A stretch of 64,000 nucleotides of DNA from a virus: the IMG/VR virus record IMGVR_UViG_3300045988_168232, positions 1 through 64,000 of that record. One strand, written 5' to 3'. Under the pieces are notes generated by a model, which did not search any database, was not told the origin of the DNA, and was given only the letters and a program-made list of their open reading frames with translations. The number at the start of each line of letters is the position of its first letter. Within the stretch, counting starts at the first letter, position 1. Below, piece by piece: positions 27,017-35,564 of this stretch. The position numbers and the translations under genes were made by a program.

Positions 27017-27436
27017 TTACTGATTTAATTCTTTGATTATTTGTTCAATAAATATCCGAGAGACCGGAATTTTCTCTGAATACATCACACCATAACTTTG
27101 CTTACGATATTCAAAAATGACCGGCTGATTCTTAGGTGTGCTTTCCAATTTTGAAGCCAATGAGCAAACCCATTCTTGGATTGGCTTAGGTTTCAAAAAT
27201 TTCAGAATGATACCGATGGATTTCTCCCAGTCGTAAAATTCCGGATTCCAGGGATTCCCGACCATATCTGAAAGACTAATCACAAAACAATGTTTACTAA
27301 TTCGCTGCATAGGTTTATTTTGAGCGACCTTTAACATTGCGGAAGAAATCGCATCAACCAATATTTTCTCCAACTTATTTTTCTCTTGTTCGAGATTAAG
27401 CAACTCTTGCTCTATTTGTTTTATAGATTTATCCAT
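27017..27436 (-). CDS. Hypothetical protein (N-terminal coiled coil)
   Basis: 139-aa ORF. Confidence 0.5.
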   Translation of the reverse strand: MDKSIKQIEQELLNLEQEKNKLEKILVDAISSAMLKVAQNKPMQRISKHCFVISLSDMVGNPWNPEFYDWEKSIGIILKFLKPKPIQEWVCSLASKLESTPKNQPVIFEYRKQSYGVMYSEKIPVSRIFIEQIIKELNQ

Positions 27437-27974
27437 GATTGTTGCTATTTGAAGGGTACATTAAATCATCATGCAAATTGTTCGGGCACCGCTCATCAAA
27501 CCAATGCCAAACATCAAACTTAGAAGTACCAGCGTCAAATTCAAGAAACTCATTTTCAATCTCATCATCATTGTTAACTGGTATTTCTGAAAATTTTTCC
27601 CAAAGTTCTGAAAGTGTCAGCAGTTCAACGTGTTTATTGCAGTTGTCGCACCAGCAACATTGTTTGTCGTCTGTGTTTGAATAGCAATCTCCTATTTCAC
27701 GGGAATTTGGGTTTACCCATTTTGCCATTACTATATTTGTGCTTCCACAATTAGCACAATATAAAGCGTTCATTTCCCCCTTTGGTTTGCCATCACTGTT
27801 TTTATAATAAGCAGTACAAGTATCGGATAACTTCAGTTCCCAAAATCCTACTGATGTGGCATCATTGATACGGCATATATCAAAAATGCCTCCATTCCGA
27901 TCCTTTGCATATACAATGTTATCTTCTGGAATATCTGCTATTGCCTCTTTCAAATCTTTAATTGTTAGTATCAT
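27429..27974 (-). CDS. Hypothetical protein sharing its N-terminal domain with 28308..28766; Cys-rich C-terminus
   Basis: 'MILTIKDLKEAIADIPEDNIVYAKD...ATSVGFWELKLSDTCTAY' is followed by 'CANCGS...CCWCDNCNKH'. Confidence 0.55.
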   Translation of the reverse strand: MILTIKDLKEAIADIPEDNIVYAKDRNGGIFDICRINDATSVGFWELKLSDTCTAYYKNSDGKPKGEMNALYCANCGSTNIVMAKWVNPNSREIGDCYSNTDDKQCCWCDNCNKHVELLTLSELWEKFSEIPVNNDDEIENEFLEFDAGTSKFDVWHWFDERCPNNLHDDLMYPSNSNNHG

Positions 27975-28315
27975 AATTGACTTGTTTGAATATTGTTATA
28001 CCATTCTATTTCAGCAGTATTTGCTTTGCGATACAGCATATATACACCACCAAGAGTTGAATTATAAATAAGGGTATATCCATCTTTATGATGTATGGAA
28101 TCAGTTCCATTATTTACCCACCTGGGTTCTTCATTACAAATATCATTGTCAGTCCATTCATCACTATCCCATTGCTTCAAATAGTCAATGACAGCTTCTC
28201 CGTTTGCATCAGTAAAGACAGTGCCATGCTTGGTATCATCGTACAGCTTGTCACATTCATTTCGCATTTCGCCGAATTGAACATCAATGATTATCCGATA
28301 TATTTTTTCATTCAT
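27971..28315 (-). CDS. Hypothetical protein
   Basis: 114-aa ORF. Confidence 0.5.
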   Translation of the reverse strand: MNEKIYRIIIDVQFGEMRNECDKLYDDTKHGTVFTDANGEAVIDYLKQWDSDEWTDNDICNEEPRWVNNGTDSIHHKDGYTLIYNSTLGGVYMLYRKANTAEIEWYNNIQTSQL

Positions 28316-28766
28316 TTTGTAAGTCCTTCTTTTTAAATTCTATGTCAAATTCAGACAAGTTCTTCAAGACACCTCCGATTAATAACTCAGTGATAAATTT
28401 GTTCATCCGGTCTTTTTCTTCGGGAGTATTTATCTCCCATACATTAGCAGCAGCTTGAACGGCATTTTGAACTGAAAGAGAAATTTGAGTCCAATCATCC
28501 CATTCTTTCTTGTCATTAAGTATTTCCCATATTTTTTTATTACATCTTTCGATATATTTCGGGTCATACTGCTTTGATTGCATCTGAGATAACCCAGGAT
28601 AAGCCGTACAAGTGTCTGACAGCTTCAATTCCCAAAAGCCGACCGATGTCGCATCATCAACACAGCAAATATCAAATAAATATCCGTTCCAGTTCTTGAC
28701 ATATATAATGTTGTCTTCTGGAATATCGGCTATAGCTTTTTGTAAATCTTCAATTGTGCGTATCAT
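28308..28766 (-). CDS. Hypothetical protein sharing its N-terminal domain with 27429..27974
   Basis: 'MIRTIEDLQKAIADIPEDNIIYVKN...ATSVGFWELKLSDTCTAY' is followed by an unrelated C-terminus. Confidence 0.55.
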   Translation of the reverse strand: MIRTIEDLQKAIADIPEDNIIYVKNWNGYLFDICCVDDATSVGFWELKLSDTCTAYPGLSQMQSKQYDPKYIERCNKKIWEILNDKKEWDDWTQISLSVQNAVQAAANVWEINTPEEKDRMNKFITELLIGGVLKNLSEFDIEFKKKDLQNE

Positions 28767-28777
28767 ATCTGTTAAAA

Positions 28778-29002
28778 TTATTCTGTTAATTCTTTACCGT
28801 TTTCATATTGATGAATCTCCAATCTTTCTGTGGTCATCCACGAACAATCACTCAAACGGAATCCATACCTTTCTTCAATGGTGGAAAGGAAAGACTCAAA
28901 ATCGTCATACTTTTCCGATTCTTGCAGTTCTTCGTCCGTCAACTTTATTATATTCAAGCAGCCGATACAGAAGTCTAAAATCAATACATATCTCGGTTCC
29001 AT
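28778..29002 (-). CDS. Hypothetical protein
   Basis: 74-aa ORF. Confidence 0.5.
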   Translation of the reverse strand: MEPRYVLILDFCIGCLNIIKLTDEELQESEKYDDFESFLSTIEERYGFRLSDCSWMTTERLEIHQYENGKELTE

Positions 29003-29126
29003 AGCTCAATCTATTTTATAATGATTCTTCAGTTATTTCGAGAGTTTTTATCAAAACATCTTTCTCTCTTTGTTGTTTTTCAATATGTTCAATCGCAGAT
29101 TTTACGGCATCTTCCGCTGTTTTTAC

Positions 29127-29453
29127 CTAAAAATCATGTTTCATTGACCATTGTTGAATAGAGCCGTGGCTGCTGCAAATCTTCACAATCCATCCACTTT
29201 CACGTTCTTCTCTGATTCTCACCACCTTTTTAATAAGATAGCCATTCTTGAAAATTGAATTATGGGCACTCAAAAAATTACGTTGTATCATATCATCGAA
29301 CTTTTCTTTAGATATGGGTCTAATGATATGTAAGTGGCAATTATCCAGCTCCATCTGGGTTGGATTTTCCGGAAGAAAATAAGTATCAGTTTCGTGATCC
29401 GGCAACCTCCTTAAAGTCAAGGAGTATTTTTCTAACATTGCTATAATATCCAT
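29127..29453 (-). CDS. Hypothetical protein (TAG stop followed by 36 more in-frame sense codons)
   Basis: 108-aa ORF. The reading frame stays open from 29126 down to the TAA at 29016-29018. Confidence 0.5.
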   Translation of the reverse strand: MDIIAMLEKYSLTLRRLPDHETDTYFLPENPTQMELDNCHLHIIRPISKEKFDDMIQRNFLSAHNSIFKNGYLIKKVVRIREERESGWIVKICSSHGSIQQWSMKHDF

Positions 29454-29472
29454 GATTAATTGCTTTATATGT

Positions 29473-29943
29473 TTATGACACCTCTTTTAATTGATGTTTA
29501 TTGTACACCTCCATCTTTGCAAAATCATCCAGATTGCCCCACCAATCCATGAAATCATAGGTCGCAAGGTCATAATCCACTTCAAATTCTTCATCATTAT
29601 TCAGACACATATAATCCTCTTCTTTCATGCCAGCCACATCAAACAAAGAATCATAATCAGTACTCATATCTTCTGCCCAATCTTCTGCTTCCTGAATATC
29701 ATCATTTGACACGCCCTTTTCAAGATGTTCGCCATCCTTATATCCCAACCAGTCACAAATGGTGTTGAAGTCGAACCAAAACATATCGTTGATAGCTGTA
29801 TCAGACCATCCATCTTCCGGCTCTATATCTTCTAACATTTGTTCAACTGTATCAAGCTGTTCGCTACTCAATAAATCGGCATTGTCTTTACCTCCACTCC
29901 AAAAATTGAAGTTGCTGAGGCTGTCTTCTACATGGTATTTCAT
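29473..29943 (-). CDS. Highly acidic hypothetical protein
   Basis: 156 aa, very rich in D/E, 'FNFWSGGKDNADLL...INDMFWFDFNTICDWLGY'. Confidence 0.6.
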   Translation of the reverse strand: MKYHVEDSLSNFNFWSGGKDNADLLSSEQLDTVEQMLEDIEPEDGWSDTAINDMFWFDFNTICDWLGYKDGEHLEKGVSNDDIQEAEDWAEDMSTDYDSLFDVAGMKEEDYMCLNNDEEFEVDYDLATYDFMDWWGNLDDFAKMEVYNKHQLKEVS

Positions 29944-29949
29944 ACACTT

Positions 29950-30162
29950 TTATTTTTTATTAATTTCATCCAATATGCGCTGCATCTTGGCTCTCACGCC
30001 TGCTGGAGAATCCAGGAACCTCCATCCTTGACTAATTTCTTCATCAGAAAAACCTGTCAGATAGTATTGCAATCCAACTCTCAATGCTTCGATAACGTAA
30101 ACGCTTGACAGCGTATTTCCATCCAAATTGCAGACATGTACTATTTTTTGTTCGTTTGTCAT
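29950..30162 (-). CDS. Hypothetical protein
   Basis: 70-aa ORF. Confidence 0.5.
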   Translation of the reverse strand: MTNEQKIVHVCNLDGNTLSSVYVIEALRVGLQYYLTGFSDEEISQGWRFLDSPAGVRAKMQRILDEINKK

Positions 30163-30443
30163 ACCGTTCTTTTATTTAGTAATTGATTGGCAACAAGCCC
30201 AACATGCTTTTTGTACATTTCCCATATCTCATCATTGTTTTTGTCTTTTGCAAACTCGCAACCGCAATCACGATAAAAATCATGTATTTGGTCATAGTAC
30301 ACTAAAAGATTGCCATATTGCACAATATTGAAATCCGGCTCTTTGGGGAAATGGTCTACATATCGCTTAATTTCACTCAGACTTTCTTCCTCTGTATTAC
30401 ACATAGACAATAACTGCTCCTTAATCATTTCAAAGTGTTTCAT
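30159..30443 (-). CDS. Hypothetical protein
   Basis: 94-aa ORF. Confidence 0.5.
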   Translation of the reverse strand: MKHFEMIKEQLLSMCNTEEESLSEIKRYVDHFPKEPDFNIVQYGNLLVYYDQIHDFYRDCGCEFAKDKNNDEIWEMYKKHVGLVANQLLNKRTV

Positions 30444-30704
30444 TGAATAATCCTCCCGTCTATTCTCTGTTCAAAAATTACCAAACCCTAATGTCATAAT
30501 CTTTAAAATAAGATTCCAGTTCTTTTAGCCCTTACAGGCTATGCACTCCACCATTACCAACCACCTCAATGTCAACAGATATTTTGCAATCAGCTTTAAT
30601 GCTTACCTCTGAATTTGTGAAAGTTTTTCTTACACACTCTAAAATGCTTAAAGAATCACTGTTGTTTTTTACTATATTGATTATCATTGTTTTCTGGATT
30701 TTAA

Positions 30705-31406
30705 TCATGCAATATCATCTAACGGCCCACTATACACACGTCCATCCGTATAATACAGCCTATCTTCATACTGATTATTATGTAATTCTTCTCGGATTGC
30801 TTTTTCATCATCAGCCCAATATCTATATTCTTCATGCCAACACTTGAAGAAACTCTCATAACATTGTTCTATTAAGTCTGTAAGTGAGAAGCTATCAGAA
30901 TAGCTGCACCAATTCTTGTAGTATTTGATTATAGGTTCTAATAAATAATAATCATAACACATACCAGTTAACGGACAATCATCGAATGATTTAAGAACTC
31001 TGCTTCGTTTGTGCTTATAGGTATATTTCCCATCTATGTATTTTCCTGTAGTTGAATAATACTTGCCTTTTGTAATATATGGTATGATATTATTATTGAC
31101 GTATCTAAACAACAGTTTACCACACAGTTCTTCTGCATAAATATCTTTGTCACAATCAACAGGGCACTCAAAAATTGGGGAGTCATTATATTTATAGTTA
31201 AACGTATAGTCACAATAATCAACATTCCAATTACTTGCTTCTGTATCAGTTAATTTCTCAAAAGCTTTCAAGGATGCCCTGTAATCTGAGCTATAAGCAT
31301 CCATACATCGCCCCATTATATTCCAGCGTTCGCGCTCAATGATTTCTTTCTGTACTTCCTTAGACAATTCATCAAAAGTGTACAACTGTAATGTTATTGT
31401 TTTCAT
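30705..31406 (-). CDS. Hypothetical protein
   Basis: Start at the ATG at 31406 (MKTITLQLYTFDELSKE), 10 nt after the upstream stop. The track start at 31514 overlaps the upstream gene. Confidence 0.55.
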   Translation of the reverse strand: MKTITLQLYTFDELSKEVQKEIIERERWNIMGRCMDAYSSDYRASLKAFEKLTDTEASNWNVDYCDYTFNYKYNDSPIFECPVDCDKDIYAEELCGKLLFRYVNNNIIPYITKGKYYSTTGKYIDGKYTYKHKRSRVLKSFDDCPLTGMCYDYYLLEPIIKYYKNWCSYSDSFSLTDLIEQCYESFFKCWHEEYRYWADDEKAIREELHNNQYEDRLYYTDGRVYSGPLDDIA

Positions 31407-31416
31407 ATTGTATTTA

Positions 31417-32130
31417 TTATGTATGAATTTGCCAACCGTATCTCGGAACCAACTGGACTGAATGATTTTCTTTATATCCGGTCTCTGCCCATCCATGAAA
31501 GATGACGCCCCCAACTAATCCGGATTTTTCATTGATATATTCGCAAAATCCAAATTCATTATAATGTGGATTGTAACTAACCTGTATGTAGTGGTTAGAT
31601 GCAACTTGGCGATACCGGTGGAACCGTCTTAATGAATCAATTAATGATGTGTCATTATGCTTTTCACAGTCACGAATCAACTGCTTCAGTTTGCTAATAG
31701 TGAGATTATTGAATTTGATTTTTACTTTGCATTTTTTTGGCAAAGCTCCATGTAGTGATTCCCATTTCTTAATAGCAGGCACCACATAATCACGAACTGC
31801 GTTCCGTGCTTGCTCTACAGATATTTTGGAAACCTTGTCTTTCTCGATAAGGAAAATACAGTCGTTTTTGAACATTTCAAGATAAGGGTCAAACCCATTA
31901 TCACCTTGCACATAATTAAGCCGGACTGCTTCGCTGTTAAAGAATATCTCTTTATAACTGCCCAAATGTAGCAAGTGCGTATGTGATGTTCCGACAATCC
32001 AAATCATTGGGAACTGGTGTGCCTCCGCTTTTTCGATGCATAATTTGTCATACTTCTCAAAGTCGGACTGGAAACTGGTCATAACATCTGAAACGATGTT
32101 GCGCATCTGTTTTATAATTGTATCATTCAT
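31417..32130 (-). CDS. Hypothetical protein
   Basis: 237-aa ORF. Confidence 0.55.
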   Translation of the reverse strand: MNDTIIKQMRNIVSDVMTSFQSDFEKYDKLCIEKAEAHQFPMIWIVGTSHTHLLHLGSYKEIFFNSEAVRLNYVQGDNGFDPYLEMFKNDCIFLIEKDKVSKISVEQARNAVRDYVVPAIKKWESLHGALPKKCKVKIKFNNLTISKLKQLIRDCEKHNDTSLIDSLRRFHRYRQVASNHYIQVSYNPHYNEFGFCEYINEKSGLVGGVIFHGWAETGYKENHSVQLVPRYGWQIHT

Positions 32131-32221
32131 AACTCCATGTTTTTAAATATTAGGTGAGAAATGCTTGTTGTTTTTACTAACGGATGTTAATGTGGACATT
32201 TTGTTAATGCTTTGAGCTTCG

Positions 32222-32503
32222 CTATATGTTCACGACTTTATAGTATTTCAGTTCTCCGATATATCCACGTCTCCGTAATTCATCAAAGATTGCATCATCA
32301 GTGAGGTTGGAAATACTAAATACAATTTGTTGCTCAGGTTTTATGCCGGCACGTTGTTGTTCTTTAAGTGTTCTTCTTTCTTCCCTGCAACATTCTTTAC
32401 AAGTGCTCCAGAATCCATCTTTTGAAGTACGATGGCGGTAGAACATAGATGTAGAAAGCAATCTACCACAATGTTTGCACACTTTAGTTCCTTCTGCTGG
32501 CAT
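32222..32503 (-). CDS. Zinc-ribbon protein with 'FDELRRRGYIGELKYYKVVNI' tail motif
   Basis: 'CKHCGRLL...CKECC' ribbon, similar to 3650..4174. The tail motif is shared with 20337..20525. Confidence 0.55.
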   Translation of the reverse strand: MPAEGTKVCKHCGRLLSTSMFYRHRTSKDGFWSTCKECCREERRTLKEQQRAGIKPEQQIVFSISNLTDDAIFDELRRRGYIGELKYYKVVNI

Positions 32504-32507
32504 ATTA

Positions 32508-32711
32508 TCACGACATTAAATTCAACATTCGGAATCCGACTTTATAGAACTCCAACCAAAATTTTCGTATTGATGGGGACAGCTTGGGGGAGTGGTACAT
32601 AAGCACTCCCCATGCCAACCCTAATATTATGCCAACGATACTGTCTGAGCATATAAATATGCATGGAAAAAGCAATATTGTTCCCACCAAATATATTATC
32701 ACTGATTTCAT
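32508..32711 (-). CDS. Small membrane protein (2 TM)
   Basis: 67 aa, 'IIYLVGTILLFPCIFI' and 'IVGIILGLAWGVLMY'. Confidence 0.5.
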   Translation of the reverse strand: MKSVIIYLVGTILLFPCIFICSDSIVGIILGLAWGVLMYHSPKLSPSIRKFWLEFYKVGFRMLNLMS

Positions 32712-32789
32712 TTTGAATATCTTATTATTTTGCTACCTGAACATGAAAGTATTCTTGTTGCGCGTCTGATTTTAACTTTTACTCTCATC

Positions 32790-33356
32790 TTATGCTACTT
32801 TTACGTTTAAACCAAGTGCATTGGCGCATTCTTGTACACTGGCTGTACGGAACACCCAGCCCTCGCCACCATTCAAACGGCTATTATAAACTCCTTTAAA
32901 TTGTTCTTTGAGAATTTTGCGCAAAGGCTTTGTCTCTCCACGCAACACCCAACACTTGTCATTGTATTTTTCAAATGTCAATCCAAGTTTCTTGATTGCT
33001 TTTGTGTCTGTGATAGCTATCAAGGTATCATTGTCTTTACTTTCCTTGGTTTCTTTTTGTGCCTCTGATTTTTGTTGCTTCTCTTGCTTTTTGAACTTTT
33101 CAGCCATTTCTTTGGCTCCAGCTGTTTTGCTGTTCTTGGATTTTGATTTTGCCTCTGGTTTTGGTGTTTCATTTGCGGACACTTCGACCTCCACGACTAC
33201 TCCTGTATTACCTGATTTAATTTCCGTTACTCTGGTGTCAAAAGCCTCTTTAACCTGACCGCAAATGTTATTTGCGACGGCTTTCAAGTCATCAACGGTA
33301 TCATATTTTGCAAATACGCTTGTGAAATTACACTTCACTTCAATGTTTGTTGTCAT
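32790..33356 (-). CDS. Hypothetical K/E-rich protein
   Basis: Start at the ATG at 33356 (MTTNIEV). The track extension to 33407 runs into the terminator hairpin. Confidence 0.55.
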   Translation of the reverse strand: MTTNIEVKCNFTSVFAKYDTVDDLKAVANNICGQVKEAFDTRVTEIKSGNTGVVVEVEVSANETPKPEAKSKSKNSKTAGAKEMAEKFKKQEKQQKSEAQKETKESKDNDTLIAITDTKAIKKLGLTFEKYNDKCWVLRGETKPLRKILKEQFKGVYNSRLNGGEGWVFRTASVQECANALGLNVKVA

Positions 33357-33380
33357 ATCTTTAAATTTTTGATTTTTGAA

Positions 33381-33414
33381 TAAAAACGGCTGACACCAAA
33401 GAGGCATCAGCCGT
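33381..33414 (-). terminator. Rho-independent terminator
   Basis: ACGGCTGA (33386-33393) pairs with TCAGCCGT (33407-33414). A minus-strand T-run follows, seen as the A-run at 33382-33386. Confidence 0.55.
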
Positions 33415-33438
33415 CAGATTTGAAAATATTGCAGATCA

Positions 33439-33606
33439 TTATTCGTCTGCCAATGGGTCACGTGATTCAATTTCGTCTGTAATGTCCTCGATGTCGGCAG
33501 CGAGCAATTCAATTTTTATATCGTCATTGCATGCCATCATTTCATTTTGAATCCGTTCACGTTCTTGTTCCAGCTCGTAAACTGTCATTTCTGCATAATT
33601 TGCCAT
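33439..33606 (-). CDS. Small acidic coiled-coil protein (55 aa, below the ORF-track cutoff)
   Basis: Hand translation gives MANYAEMTVYELEQERERIQNEMMACNDDIKIELLAADIEDITDEIESRDPLADE. It is followed by the 33381..33414 terminator. Confidence 0.45.
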   Translation of the reverse strand: MANYAEMTVYELEQERERIQNEMMACNDDIKIELLAADIEDITDEIESRDPLADE

Positions 33607-33628
33607 AATTTTTGAATTTAGTTAGTAA

Positions 33629-33934
33629 TCAATCAAGTATAATATGTTTCCTGTGACTTTTGCGGTTCACCACCATTACAAGGGCACATTCCGCTCCATG
33701 TTTCCTACAAAGATTGTACATCTCTGCCACGCTTTTTGATGCCGGTATGAGCCGATTCTCATACATAAAGTAATATTTGGTCACTTTCTTGCCGTTCGAG
33801 CTTGTTGTCTCATCCAGCACGACTTTTTGTATTGAAGCGTTGTTCACCGCAATGGTGTCATTCTTTACCTCGGTCTGGGCATAGATTGATATGCTCCCTG
33901 CAAATAAGGCGAGAGCCAAAATGATTCGTTTCAT
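33629..33934 (-). CDS. Secreted small protein
   Basis: Signal peptide 'MKRIILALALFAGSISIYAQ'. Confidence 0.6.
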   Translation of the reverse strand: MKRIILALALFAGSISIYAQTEVKNDTIAVNNASIQKVVLDETTSSNGKKVTKYYFMYENRLIPASKSVAEMYNLCRKHGAECALVMVVNRKSHRKHIILD

Positions 33935-33952
33935 GTTGTCTGTGATTAATGA

Positions 33953-34318
33953 TTAGTCTTCGTTTTTCAATTCGTACTCTATGGTTTCGTATTCCTTGGT
34001 AGCATAAAGCCATCCGTATAATTCCCGGTGGTTTTCGAGAGCGTCCACCACCTTGAAATAAGTCTCCTTTGTAACGCGGATGGCCTCATAGAATATGCCG
34101 GCATCCGCGTCATCATAAATCAGATACCACGCCCCGTCCTTGTCTGTACCATAGCATACATTATCCACCACGTTCAGAACATTAAAGAACATGCTGTCAT
34201 TTTCATCTTCTGTTTGTACTACCTTAGCCGTTTCTTGGCTAGTATTTTGCGCTGAGATAAATGACGTGCCCGCAATGACTACAAAGAGGGCGCACAAAAT
34301 GGTTGCTGAATGTCTCAT
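33953..34318 (-). CDS. Secreted small protein
   Basis: Start at 34318 (MRHSATILCALFVVIAGTSFISAQ), which gives a signal peptide. Confidence 0.6.
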   Translation of the reverse strand: MRHSATILCALFVVIAGTSFISAQNTSQETAKVVQTEDENDSMFFNVLNVVDNVCYGTDKDGAWYLIYDDADAGIFYEAIRVTKETYFKVVDALENHRELYGWLYATKEYETIEYELKNED

Positions 34319-34544
34319 CGTTTTAATTCTTAAAAAGGTCATAGATTGTTTTGCGCTTTGCAGTAACGTTCTGTGATTTCGGAAGATAGAATGTCATTGA
34401 TGCGTTTGCTACTGACATAATTTTCACGTTTGTTCTTGAAATTCTTGCACGTCTCATGATATTGTTGTTTTAGATGTTAATTATAATTTTGAGTTCGTAT
34501 CAATAACCGTAGGCTGTTAGGTTTATGCTGAGGTTGTTTTTGAT

Positions 34545-34763
34545 TCAGCACCAGCCGGCAAGTGGATTTGGATTATCAGCGCCACAAGCGATTGCACCTC
34601 TTAGGTCGATAATACTCATTTTGATATTATCTCGCAATTCGTTTAGTTTCACAACTTTCGCCATGATTTCCGGTGTCTGGGCTATACATTTAAGTGAGTG
34701 AATTTCTTTGTTGACTTGCGTTAGCTGTAAACACAAGTCTCTCAGTATTTGGAAATTTGTCAT
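34545..34763 (-). CDS. Hypothetical protein
   Basis: 72-aa ORF. Confidence 0.45.
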   Translation of the reverse strand: MTNFQILRDLCLQLTQVNKEIHSLKCIAQTPEIMAKVVKLNELRDNIKMSIIDLRGAIACGADNPNPLAGWC

Positions 34764-34780
34764 TGCCTTTGATTTTATAG

Positions 34781-35260
34781 TTATCTTTTCTCCATTCTTA
34801 TACCATTCGCCAACTTTGTAGAAAAGCTTATTTTAGTTCCACATTTACGAGAAGGTCTTTTGCCCTTAGCTGCATAAAAAAGTTCTTCCGCATCCATCAT
34901 ATAGATGGGCTTGGAAGTGTCACGACATTCAAATTCAGCCATGTTTCGGTTGGTCCCTGGGTGCAGTGCGGTTACACGCTTTCCTTTTACGATGTAGTAT
35001 GCTCTAAACCGGGCATTTTGCCCATATTGCGATTGTACCCTTAATTCAAACTCCAAAGTCCTACCACGGACACACCAAAAGTTACCAATTTTTCCGATTG
35101 CCACTTCACGACGGTTTATGCTGCACCGACCGATAAATTCAATATCTCCACGTTCAAAGTTGCTGTTTGCTATTTGTGCTTCTGCAATACGCATCAGCCC
35201 GACTGCATAAGCGTTCAGTTCCGATTTGGGCATGGAAGTCCCTTTGATTGTTGCTGTCAT
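34781..35260 (-). CDS. Hypothetical protein
   Basis: 159-aa ORF. Confidence 0.55.
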   Translation of the reverse strand: MTATIKGTSMPKSELNAYAVGLMRIAEAQIANSNFERGDIEFIGRCSINRREVAIGKIGNFWCVRGRTLEFELRVQSQYGQNARFRAYYIVKGKRVTALHPGTNRNMAEFECRDTSKPIYMMDAEELFYAAKGKRPSRKCGTKISFSTKLANGIRMEKR

Positions 35261-35272
35261 AGTTTTCTGATT

Positions 35273-35479
35273 TTATTTGTTTGAACTCAAAGCCTCTTCT
35301 TCTTCCACAGAACCGCACCAACAGTCAAGAAAGTAGTTTTTTTGCTCTTCTGTGGGCTCATTTACGTTATAGGCTGCACAATATGCCTGCCAACTTGCAT
35401 CCGACTCAGGCATATTATTATTACAACTAGAGAAAACTGATACGGTAAAAACCATTATGGAGAAAATAATCGCTTTCAT
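35273..35479 (-). CDS. Small lipoprotein
   Basis: 'MKAIIFSIMVFTVSVFSSC' signal peptide plus lipobox. Confidence 0.6.
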   Translation of the reverse strand: MKAIIFSIMVFTVSVFSSCNNNMPESDASWQAYCAAYNVNEPTEEQKNYFLDCWCGSVEEEEALSSNK

Positions 35480-35564
35480 TTTGCTTTGATTTTTAGAATT
35501 AATACTTAGTGAGTGGGGAAGGCTTGAACTTCCACAATGCCGCCACGTTCACCCAAACCCTTTC

